From NCBI GenBank assembly GCA_964106645.2, contig OZ067038.1: DNA of 64,000 bases; one strand, given 5' to 3'. Numbering within the stretch: position 1 is the stretch's first letter; each line of letters starts with the position of its first letter. Source of the DNA: Podarcis pityusensis. Taxonomy: Eukaryota. A program made the translations under genes and the position numbers. The notes beneath the pieces were generated by a model. The model was not told where the DNA came from and ran no database searches. It worked only from the letters and a program-made list of their open reading frames with translations. Below are positions 52,654-64,000 of the stretch, one piece after another.

Positions 52654-53754
52654 AGGACAGCTTTTAAAAAATGCTGTCCTTTGAACTATGTACTCCCTTC
52701 AAATGTTGCTGGTCTACAGTTCCCATCAGCTCTAGCTAGCAGGGTCAGTGGTCAAGATGATGGATATGACCTAATCCTTTTGACCTACTCCTTTTGAAGT
52801 AGGATTCTAGATAACTGCATGCATGATTCCATTTTGAACACAACGATGCAGTCCTAAGGTTGGTGGGGAGACTTGAGCCAACAGGGCAGAAAAATGGACA
52901 AAAATCTTGTGTTTGTCCATTTCTGGGTTTAATTTATTTAATTAATATTTTCCTTCCTATTGGGAACAGTGGAGAGTGCAAGGGAGATTTAGGCATGCTT
53001 AGGAATTACAGAGGCATGTCAGGGGACTGGGATGACTTTATATCCTTCAGATCTTAGTGGTTTTCCATACCTTCCCCATGCACCCACATCAGTTGGGCCA
53101 GGGCATTGGAGGCTTCAGTGGCAGTGACAGGGAAGGGGAATCTGACATTGAACTCCCTCTCCAAAATAAGAGACCATAGGATTGCCTCATCATTAATCTA
53201 ATACATTGTACTGCCCCAAACTTGCAGTATTATACATTTGTTAATATAGGGGGCAAAGTTATTCCAGCAAGTAGCTCCGCAAGAAGCAACCTTATGTCCT
53301 TGATCAACTTCATTGGAATTCCTCTGGCTATACACCCACTGTGATGGAGCCATAGCTTGAGTTCTACCTCAAGTGACATTTTAACAAATGAAAAAAGATG
53401 AAAAGGACAAAGAGTCTCTGCCTGGTAACAATATATGAGGGTCAAATAATACAAATGCTCCTTAAGCACCAGAGTTCAGGAGTGCTCTCCCCCTGACCCA
53501 AGCGGTTTTTGCTACTTCAGAGGATTAAGAGTTTAATAAGTTATTGACAGGAGCTATGTCACAAATTGATTTTTATGTTAGCCCCTGTCTGAGGCATGGG
53601 GTCACAAATAATTGATGAGGAGGCTTTTGCAGTTTACTGTACTGTTCCTTAGATAAGAGTAGCTTCCCACAAAGCCACTAGAGGATCTAGAATTCAGTAA
53701 AATGCTAAAAGCTGCAACCAGAAAATGGAAACCCTGCTGGTTGCCCAAAATATT

Positions 53755-53990
53755 CATTCATTTAATCATTAATTCATTCAAGTTGTGTACCACCCTTCAT
53801 CCATGGATCTTGGATAAAATACAAGATGAAAATGCAGACTACATGATAAAAATATGGGAGCCACAAACCAATAAACCCACCTCTTCCCACAAGCACATTT
53901 AAAAGGGAATGTGATGTTAATCAGTTCAAGGCTTGGTTGAAGAGGAATGTTTTTGCCTGGCGCCTAAAGGTATATAAGGAAGGTGCCTTT
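53755..53990 (-). mobile_element. LINE (L2-like) 3' end fragment
   Basis: ATTCATT tail followed by TACCACCCTTCAT; related 3' ends at 18224-18370 and 17791-17845. Confidence 0.55.
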
Positions 53991-55802
53991 GCCCCTTAGC
54001 CAAGGGAAACCTTACACTGTCCTTAAAAACTTGTTGAGCTTTTAGCAGACATTGCATCCATTTTCTCAAAGCTTTCTTCATTGCTATAAGGACTTTATTT
54101 TTGCAAAAATATCCAAAATATGCAATTTTAGGAATGATCATGAAGCTTATTAGGCTTTGTTATAGAAAGCTAGATGCTATGCCTTTGATGTCATTGTGGT
54201 CATGTAGATTTCTATAAATTCTGCCACTTGACTTCGCTTATTTTTCATAAATATTCCCCTCAGCATTTAAGGGTACTTTCCGCTTTCCTTTGAATCTTTA
54301 CGTTATTTTTTCCAAAAGTTGTATGAAGCATCTAGAGAAAGTTTGCCTCTGCTTTTGTAACATCTGCCAGCCTTACTACTGTAAGCAATTCATGGGTCCT
54401 TTTTCAGCTTTGGTTGGTGCTGTCAGTTACTAACTGACCATCATATACACTGTCATACCCCCACCACTCAGTCCAAAACAGCTTAGCTTGATGCAGACAT
54501 ACAGTTTGCCATTAGACAGCAAATATGGACATCTAGTGGTTGTGTGTTGCATTGTATGCAGACTATATTCTTTTAAAGGAGTTGAATTGAACCTGATTCA
54601 ACTTTTTAAATGAACTACCTTTATTATCCATACAATCCTAAATTATGACATTGAAATCCTTGACTGGTGTATGTCAAGGCAGTCATAGTATTTTTTGCTA
54701 TGCTGAAATCATATGAATGAGCCAAACTCATAGTTCACCATGTAACTACTACAGAGTCTTCAAAAAATGTAACTTAAGCAACTAAAACCAGCTAAGCTAA
54801 TGGGCATCCTGGTTTGTTCAGAGTGCCTTATGATCCATTAGATATACACTCCAAGGAAGTTTCAAGCCTGTGATGAAAATACGAGGCTAGGGATGGATGG
54901 CTCAGGTCTGTTTCTTGTCTATGTCACTTTTACATGTGTCCGTTCAGAAATCCATTCCATCACATTTCCATATTAATCTGTGAATTTTAATGCATAATTA
55001 AATATGTTTTCCTTAAAGTACTTATTTCTAAACATATTGTCTCTCAAAATGTGCATTTTAAAATGCATTTTGGTGAATTTTGAGGCAAGAACTGTGTCAG
55101 AGAAATGTGAAGTTCAGTTGATAACTGGGTTCCAATCCACATATTAATCCAGAGTTACAGATCAGCTCAGTTCTTGTCAGATTTCATAAAGATCGAATTG
55201 CTTAAGCATCCCCCTGAGCCTCCCAGCACCATGGGCAATAAAAGTGGGGTTTGTTCACAGAGGAATGTGCTCTGTGCTGATTCCAAGGACCAGTTTAGCA
55301 GCCAATTCCAGATACTATCAAAGTACTAAAAAACCCCTCTAGGCATAAAGATAGGTCAGGAAGTAGTTTGGTTTGCAGCTCCCCAGGGAGTTATACTGGC
55401 TTCATAGTTTGAGAGCCATTTTGTTCCTTCGTAGTTCTTCAGCTTTTGGGGACGGCTAAGGATGATGGGAAGTAATATATGCAGAGAGACAAGATCTTAA
55501 GTGTCTTTGCTGTAGAAATGGTAAGAAAATATTGATCTTAATGAGACCTAGTCATTGTTATGAATAAAGGTCTAATCAATCTTCTGCTACATTCCTTCTC
55601 ACCCAACTACAGAGTGATCTTTTGCGTAAGACCTTTCATAGGAAGATCCACAGAAAATAGTGAAGGAGAGGGAGCAGTCAGTAAACACATCCTTATGCAG
55701 TTGGGTACATGGATCAGGAATCCAGAAGCAGCTGAGTGGGATGCTGAGCAAACAGTACCTGCCCTAAACTATTGTGAACATCAAACAGCATAGACATAGG
55801 CC

Positions 55803-55853
<51 letters not shown>

Positions 55854-55855
55854 AA
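55803..55855. repeat. (AGAA)n microsatellite
   Basis: Read directly. Confidence 0.9.
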
Positions 55856-55897
55856 AGGGTTGCCAAGATTTGGTAAAAAGAGTAACAAGGAAGCAGT

Positions 55898-56000
55898 GAA
55901 TCTTAGAATCATAGAACTGTATAGTTGGAAGACACCCCAGGGTCATCTAGTCCAACCCCTTGCAATGCAAGAATCTCAGCTAGATCATACATGACGGATG
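55898..56000 (-). mobile_element. CR1 LINE 3' fragment
   Basis: AGAATCATAGAA...GTTGGAAG...GGTCATCTAGTCCAACCCC...GCAATGCA. Confidence 0.8.
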
Positions 56001-56160
56001 TAGGCTATGGATTCTTTTCAATACAGCTCCTTGCTGGGGGTGCCAATACAACTCCTTGCCAAGGATGTAAGGGACCCTAGGTAGGTCTCTGCCAAAAGGC
56101 AGACCTTTCTTGAATGGCACAGCCATTAACTTTATCATTAGCCAGCTGTGTGGACTACAC

Positions 56161-56283
56161 CAGGGGTGTCTAACCTGTGGTCCTCCAGAGGTTGTTGGAC
56201 TACAGCTCCCATTAGCCCTAGCCAGCTTGGCCAGTAGTTGGGAGCTGCAGTCCAACAACTGAAGGGCTTCAAGTTAGTCCCTG
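56161..56283. mobile_element. Palindromic hAT-like MITE of about 125 bp; degraded copies near 2913-3030, 14217-14305, 45920-46035, 51898-52035, 52690-52765 and 61173-61275
   Basis: CAGGGG..AACCTGTGGTCCTCCAGAGGTTGTTGGACTACAGCTCCCA ... TGGGAGCTGCAGTCCAACAAC; self-complementary and multi-copy within the window. Confidence 0.65.
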
Positions 56284-57717
56284 TAGGCTACACACGGACT
56301 GGTAAGAGAATAATGAAGGCTGAAGTACATCACGCTTCAGCACTGCAGACATCAACAGTGCTTACCATTAGAGCTGGAGATATGTACCCCCCAAATCAAT
56401 ATATACCATATTTACTGTTGCAAGCATCTATCTGAGAGTAATTATGGTGTAAAATATCTTATCTCGTTGTAAGGGCTTAGATTGACTTTTCCTTTTCCTT
56501 TCATCGCTTCAGTTCTATTATTTATGGAAAGTTTATATTTAATGTTATTTTTGTTTTAACCATACGACATAACAAGGCAGAACAGAAATATAGATAGAAC
56601 ACTGGCCGCCACTTTGTATCCATGCCTTTGTATCTTAGCCTTCCTGTTGTTGTTTTTTAAAAAGATCTCTCTTCCTTTGCAGCCAAAAACTCTGCACATT
56701 TGTTCAAAATTTAAAGAGGAAGAGGCGAGGGGACACAGAGGGACCCTTGCCTCCTTATAGATGTACCATTGAACAATATAGAGGGGGAGACCCTCAGCAT
56801 TACCTCCTCACCAGTCAGATACAGTGTTTTAGGTGTTGCATAAATTACATTTATAAAATGTGTTTCTGAATTTTGCCTTTTCCAGCACTCCCTTGCTGTT
56901 TTCTCTCCTTCATCTAATTCTTAGATGGCAAACTCTTATACCAAGTGCCTGCTTTACTTAATTCTGTAATGCACCATTTACACTGATGGCACTCTTTAGC
57001 TAACAGTGATAATAATAATCATTGTTTTCCCTCCCGTGGGGAGTAGTAGATGTCTCATGGGCTCCATCATTTTAAAAACTAGTGATCCTGCAATAAAGTA
57101 TCCTTTCCCAGGAAAGAGATGAGAGATTCTTGGAGGCAGATTTAACATATAGTAATCAGAATCAGATGGTAACAGCATCTAACCACAATGGGAAGGCTAG
57201 TCCAGGCATATGTTTAAGCAAGGATACCTCTGTTTTGTGCTTTGTTGTCCCATGTCTGAGCACTAGCCAGGATGTGAAACCTACTTGGTTTTAACAGTGG
57301 GAAAAACACTGAGCCCTCCCACTCTTTTGACTGAGAGCCGAACCACACGTGATATTGAAAACCCAGTGATAGTATCTTATACCTTAAGAAAGAAAAGGGG
57401 GGAAATGCATGCATATGAGGAGTTGCATATCCAGTCAGGATCACACCACAGAATAAGGAAGATTTCCTCCTGATTAAGTGACCCACAGATTTGCATCAGA
57501 GGAAACATAGAAGTACCTGTGAGAGTCCCATTTGCTTTGCCCTACAGGTATGTGGCTGAATCACATCCGAAGCAACAAATTGGAAGCATCCATAATGGAA
57601 ACTATTAATTGAACTATGTTTCTCATTACAAGAGCCAATGTTATTTGAAATATCACTGTGCCTTGTTGTAGGTGACTCACTTTTCCTCTTTTCTGTTTCA
57701 ATTTTCTCCCCTTACAG

Positions 57718-57964
57718 CTGTCTGGAGGATGTGAACTAACTGTGGTACTACAAGACTTTATAGCCAGCCATAGTAGTGAGCTGAGTATCCAGGTGGGACA
57801 AACGGTGGAGTTACTGGAAAGGCCAAGTGAAAGGCCCGGCTGGTGTTTGGTACGGACAACAGAGCGGAGTCCCCCTCAGGAAGGCCTGGTCCCCAGCAGT
57901 GCTCTCTGTATCTCACATTCCCGGAGCAGTGTGGAGATGGACTGTTTCTTCCCTTCAGGAAAAG
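57718..57964 (+). CDS. KALRN: KALRN coding exon, SH3-1 domain (LSGGCELTVVLQDF...EMDCFFPSGK), long Kalirin-9/12-type isoforms
   Basis: Long polypyrimidine tract, cttacag|CTG ... AAAG|gtaggc; 247 nt, phase 0/1. Confidence 0.96.
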
Positions 57965-58997
57965 GTAGGCAGAAATTGAACAGGGCTGATATTCCCTCCA
58001 CAGTTATTTCACTAGCTAAAATGAAGGGAGGATAAAAGTACAGATATTCATAATTTGAGCTGCCAGCCTGCTGTGGAAGTGTGCTGTCTGCACTTTTGAT
58101 GTGCATACTTATCTTTTCACCTGCATCAGCCAGGAGAGGGTGGGGGAAGGAAGGGACCTGTTTTTCCTGCTTGAGTGAAAACCCAATTACATACTGTTTA
58201 GCCAGACATTGTATCTGCTATAAAACAATTCCTTCTGTATGAGTGCAGGACTCTGCATAATGCTGATTGGATGGCTTTTGAGTCATTCAGAAAATCACCT
58301 TCTCCCAGTATATAGGGTTTTCAAGGGTGCTTTAAAAAATAAATTGGGGAAATATTTAAAAATAAAGCACCAAACTTCTGTTTTGGAAACTTTTGATCAG
58401 GTGATCCAAAAAGCAATACCTAAAGCACCTGAGTTCTATCACATTATAGCAGTTAGCTGGGAAGGATAGTTTTGTTAAGCAATTCACCTTAGCATCATTT
58501 CTTCTAAGAAAGCCCTTGAGCTTTTGCCTGAGCTGGACAATCACAAATATAGTCTAGGTGGAGAATGCCTAGTTGGATTTCGTTCGCTGCTGTCATATAT
58601 TGTTTGTTTTTATGTTTTTATGTTATATTGTTTTAAATGTTATAATTCACTTCATGTGTTCATGGACAGAAAAGTGGAGTAAGAAAAACCCAATAAAGGT
58701 CAAGCCAGTAACACACTTAAACCTCACGGAAGAGGGTAACAGAGACAAACAGCTATTATTCTGGAGCCAGGTGTCAACAGAGAAGCAAAGGCAGTGAAAA
58801 GAAGTAGTGAAAAGAACTGACATTCCTTAATCTTACTGAACAGGCAAACAGAAGAATGTAGGCAAATTTCACTGTCTGCATTTTTCTGAAGATATTGATT
58901 AAGTACGGTAAATAGAAATTTATCTAAAAACTAGACAAAGGGACAGAAGAAGGCATTCAGCATTCTGAGATTTGTTCCATAAAAGAGAGGAATCTTA

Positions 58998-59167
58998 GGC
59001 TCAATGCACACCATGCACCCCCCCCCAAAAAAAGAATACCAGGAACTGTAGTTTTTAAAAGGGTGTTGGAAATGGTAGCTCTGTAAAGAGTAAACTACAG
59101 TTCCCAGGGTTCTTGGTGGCATGTGTATGCTTTTCATGTGCTTTAAATGCATGGTGGGTATGTAGCC
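58998..59167. repeat. Palindromic interspersed repeat (MITE-like)
   Basis: AAGAATACCAGGAACTGTAGTTT ... AAACTACAGTTCCCAGGGTTCTT inverted arms. Confidence 0.55.
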
Positions 59168-62100
59168 ACTGCTTGCGATGTATGCACTTATTCCACTTTT
59201 ACTTCTGGTAAACAGATTGCACAGGTTGTTGTATCGCTTAAAAATCTGCTTCACAGGTCCAAAATCTGATCCACAGGCCCAATGGTGAGCTTGTGCGATT
59301 GGTTTGGTGCAGGGATACCAAACAAGGATGTCAAAAATGCCAAAGTGATCAATTCTAGTGCTTTATTAAAAGAAGGTGTAAATTTACAACACAGCCTGCA
59401 GAGCCTTGCTGCCTTTTTAGACTTGGGACAGACACAGAAACAGCAAGCATTCTAGATTTGAAAGCTAGGAGCTGAATGGCACCTTAAACCTAGGTTATGG
59501 GTACAACAATAGAATATCTACGCCCACTTTTTTATAAGAAGAATACAGAGCTGAAAATGAATGAACTGAAGCTAAAATATTACATTCGTTTTTCACTTGG
59601 TCTAGTCTTTCACCTGCCCACCCCCCTAATATTCTTAAGCGGGTCTCTTCTCCAATCTTCAGGGAGTAGCTGGAAGTGGGGAGGCAGAAAAAGGTCCTCC
59701 TTTCCTTCCACTCTGCAGTTCTGAAATCTTAGGGGCAATACTGTTCTCAGAGTTCTGAAACCGCTCACACTGATGAAATTCCCTGTCGCAAAATGCACCT
59801 AGCCCTAGAACAATGAGAGTTTCGAACGCTGCCTGCCAATGAAGGCATAGGTGGCAAGCCTCCAAGTCTTAGATTGCGCCCCTGCCTAGGCCAATAACCA
59901 AGCATCCTAAAGCCTACAGAGAAGCATAGCATCAAAGCAAGCCAGTTAGCATATATCAAAGCAAGCCCATAAACATAGGTGAGCTCATTCTTGCAGCAAC
60001 TGCTAATTAGTCCCAGTGTTATCTTGACTACCAATATGGCATTTACAGTCTTTCTGGAATGTTTTCACCATTTAGTTCTACACAGTGAAAGAAAAGGAAA
60101 CTGCATCTACAAAAAGCAGAGCCTTTTTCAACTGTTAAAAGCATTTTTCAACTCCTAAAAACTATTGCTGTGATCTAACCCACACCACCCTCTTGCTGTG
60201 GCAAATGAGTGTGCTGTTACTCTTTCCTCTCACAAGAGGGCTCTCCTGATTTATAGTTTCTTTCTAGTTACTTTCTAGTTACTCAGTTATTTATAGTATT
60301 TATAGAAACTTTATATTTATAGTAACTTTCTAGTTACTCAGTTATTGATAACTCATTCTAAAAAGATAAGTTAAATTATAATATAAGAATCAGGGTCAAT
60401 ACATCGAGAAAATATGCATGGACCTAATAACTAATTCTCACTGATGTGAGTCAGCTGTGTCTGGCTAACCCACTCCATATTCAATTCTCCCTAATACAAA
60501 AATAAAAATCCATGCATATGAAAAACTAGCATGTCAAGGGAGATGCTACCCAAGCATTCCACCCAATACAACAGGGATTTGACCCCCTCTCCCTGTCATG
60601 GAGAAGCATCACCTGGTGGCTCAAGTGGTATAGCTCAAAGACAGCTTTACCTACTCAGTGAAAACTAGGCCTAAGAGCAGCAGTTTCCAAAGGTGAATGT
60701 TATGTATGTCTGACAGCAGTGTCCATGCTGCCCCTTGGGACAACAGAGGAAGCTGCCCCTTAATATGAAGAGGGCTCAGAATAGAGACAATGCTACAATA
60801 ATAGATTTTCCAGTTGACCTTGGGTTAACCTAGATTAGTTTTGAGTGTACTTATAGCAGGTTAGATAAATGGATGGATCCAGAAGAAAAATCCTTTCCCA
60901 AATCATGAATATGGAAAGGTGTTTAAATTTGTTACGTGAACTGAGTTTGCATTGTGCATGTGGTACAAGTGTCCCAGTGCCCATAGATGATCTGCAAAAG
61001 CCTGATGGGGCAATCTTGTAAGTTATTATTGGGCTTGCACTTGCTGCTGCCTCATTTGACTGGTGTTGTTCCACTTTTCCTCCTCCCCGTTCCACCTTTA
61101 CTACTATGATACTGGTGTTCCAGCCTTTTGAAAATATATCTGTAAAGTAAACTCAGCAGTCAATATTGAAGGCAGAAAGGGGGAAGTGGTGTCCTTCCAG
61201 AAGTTGCTTGACTACAGATTCTATCATCATGGTGAGAGTTGGAGTCCAAAAACACTGGGAAATTCCCTATCCTGGATTTAATGTTGAAAATTCTGGAGGA
61301 ATTTAAGAAAAAGGATTATGTGAAAGTAACTTCTTATACACCTTTAGTTTTTCCAGCAAGGGTTAGTGTTTTAAATAGAACAGGACTTATCTCTTTCAAA
61401 TGAAGAATTGTCATTTCTTTCCCAGGGAAAGAAAATAACATCTATAATCTACTCAGACTGCAAATCTGTCTATACTACTCTCTTGAGCTTAACAGAGGGA
61501 ACAGATTCTTTTATTCCTATAGTTTTCCCGCATTATGGAGATGTGAAGTATTAAATTACCATATGGTAAGCCTGCAACTTAGACCAGGGTTACATTTCAG
61601 GGATCACATCTAAAGCCAAAATCATGTATAGTCAAAACCCATTGGGGTGGGATTGCCAAAGTATTTTTTTCTGGAACCCTGCCCCTTCCTGCTCCTTACT
61701 TCTATTTTTTATTTTTTGCCATGCACGGAAAGCTGAATGCACACATGTTAAATGCAGGCAGGGCTTTTTTTCCAGCCTGAACTCCAGAACTCAGTTCTGG
61801 CACCTCTCAGATGGGCACCATTGTCATTATAAGAAAACAAGGGAGGTGTTAATGGTGAGTTCCAACACCTCTTTTTCTATAAAAATAGCACTGAATGCAT
61901 GTAAATTGCAGGTTTACTGTATTCGAATTGGAAAGGAAGTGGCAGATGGCAGAGATGCCATGGATGGAAGGCAGGCTATCCATCCAGCCAAGTAAAACAC
62001 ACCTCTCTTTTTCACTCCTTTCATTTAAATAGTACTATATCTAGCATGAAATTGACATAGTACAAGGAAGTGGTTACATAAAATTGACATACCTATTTAT

Positions 62101-63111
62101 GTTACCATTGCAATTATGAATTACGGTAACCTGCAGACTCTGGAGTAAAAAGAAAGAAAGAAAGTTATTTAAAATAAAATTTGTCATGTTGAAGGTGTTA
62201 GTAGCAGAACACTTTGTAGATTTTCTTAGCTTAAGTATCATGTGTTTACACTTTCTAAGAAGCTTGAGCCAAAGAATCTGGCTTTAAAGCTAATGAGCGA
62301 GCTCACTCATGGAGCAACATCCACTGTACAAGTGCTGAGCGGGAAACTCATTCTGCGAAAAACTGGCTTACAGTCACAAAAGGCCTTAGAAATGAGCCTG
62401 CAAAATGTTTAGTAGCCCAGAAAAATGTTTAGTAGCCAAATTGCCCTCATAGTCATTTGTGGCACAGCCTGAAAGATGCTAAGATACTGTTGCAATTCCT
62501 AAAATTTCCTGTTTGGTCCTCCAAGTGTGATTCTTACCATAGATGAGTATGTGCATGACTAAGTCGTCTTTTAATGATAAGAAAGTAGAGGAGGGCAACC
62601 TATGGGCAGTGGGAACATCCCTCTTTTGTAGCTCCTGTGCTAAAATCCAAAGTTAAGGCTGGAGACTTTTGTAAAAGAAAGTTGTGTGTCCCACCCTCTT
62701 TATATAAGATACTGTATGTCCAGCAGCTATGATGGGCCATAGGATCAGGCTGTTAGCCTCATTAAAACCAAAGGTGACCTGCCTTTCCTCTTGCCATACT
62801 TTATATGAAAGCATGTAACAGTTGAATGTGAGAAATTTGATGGATCTACTGTGCTAAAATGCCAGGACAGATTCCTCTTGGAAAGGCTCAACAACCAACA
62901 TTTTCAGATCTTCTCTGTGTTGTAGCACCTGGCTTAATTTATTTATCTGAATCAAATAACTTAGTATAACCTATTTATCTAAAAATTATGAGATTTATAT
63001 TCTTGACCTGCAGCTATATTCGGACTGGACATGTCATGCTCATGATGTCTCTTTGTTTCTGGTGCTTAATCATAGGTGGTTGTGTTTCTCCTAATTAAGT
63101 GAATTAAATTA

Positions 63112-63475
63112 CCGTATTTTTTGCACCATAACACTCACTTTTTTCCGCCTAGAAAGTAAGGGGAAATGTCTGTGCGTGTTATGGAGCGAATGCACACGGG
63201 TGGTGGTGGGGATCTGCTGCAGTCGTGAGCAGAGGATCCATGGTTCCCCTTCCTTCCCTCCTCCGTGGTTACAAAGCATGGATCCACATGGATCCTCAGG
63301 ATTTTTGCATTGGGCTACTCCAAACTCACTGTCAGATCACATGTCTGTGGCCACAGCATGAACCACAAAAATCATATATCCACTGTTTCGTTTAGAATAT
63401 TTTTTTCTTGTTTTCCTCCTCTAAAAACTACGTGCGTGTTATGGTCTGGTGCGTGTTATAGAGCGAAAAATACGG
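63112..63475. mobile_element. Tc2/pogo-type MITE with CCGTATTT TIRs, 364 bp
   Basis: TA|CCGTATTTTTTGCACCATAACAC ... GTGTTATAGAGCGAAAAATACGG|TA (20/23 TIR match). Confidence 0.85.
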
Positions 63476-64000
63476 TAACTCAATTATCTTCAGTTCCCTC
63501 TGGTCCAACAACTGGAGAGCAGGTTGCTTTGAATTTGTCATTAGCTTCAGTGGAATGTATTTTGCCACTTGTGCTTCTGATGACATTAGTCTTCCCCTCA
63601 CTGCCTAAAGCAATATTATGAACAGAATATTAGGGAAATGAAAAGTGTATTAAAATGGTTGTATTGTGATAGGGCTAGATTTCTAGTGTAGACGGTTTGG
63701 AAGCTTTGTTGTCTATAACGTATATTTTAGATTGCAGTCACGTTGTTTCTGAGCACACAAGCTTATCTAGACTTATATTTGTTTACCAGAACTGGCAAAC
63801 CAAATGTATCATTAAAGTCACTTGACTTTAATCGGTAGTAAGTTATCCCTGGAGAAGCACCACTGGCAATTCATCAGGCTCTTTATTTCCTCTATAAATT
63901 CTGTAATAAAACAGGAAAGACTATTTTAAGAAACAGAGTTGGTACCATTCTATTTTAAACTTAGAGTTTATTTAGAGAGGGACAGAAGGTGTCCTTTTAT

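Noticed and set aside
56925-56969. Good polypyrimidine tract followed by ttag|ATGGCAAAC, superficially like the Kal7 exon start
   Set aside because: Phase-0 reading gives MANSYTKCLLYLIL*, with no similarity to the Kal7 tail and no other support.

Overview
Vertebrate genomic DNA, almost certainly a squamate reptile and probably a lacertid lizard, judged from its Sauria SINE, CR1 and Penelope repeats. The whole window lies inside the KALRN (kalirin RhoGEF) gene on the + strand. I traced 18 consecutive GT-AG coding exons (535-57964; 2353 nt, about 784 codons, all phases compatible). They encode the C-terminal spectrin repeats, the GEF1 DH-PH module and the first SH3 domain. The gene continues beyond both edges. 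A 31-kb intron (26655-57717) follows the 'SQNTVDSDK' exon, where mammals switch between Kalirin-7 and Kalirin-9/12. I could not find a recognisable Kalirin-7 (...GDPFSTYV) terminal exon in it, but several candidate alternative terminal exons are present. The introns carry two Sauria SINEs, CR1 3' fragments, pogo/Tigger-type and hAT MITEs, a solo LTR with a 5-bp TSD, microsatellites, and a Penelope-like fragment with a minimal hammerhead ribozyme motif on the KALRN sense strand. I see no evidence for a wholly new multi-gene system. The best leads are RNA- and isoform-level. Comparisons to mammalian kalirin and to repeat consensus sequences are from memory, not from a database search.
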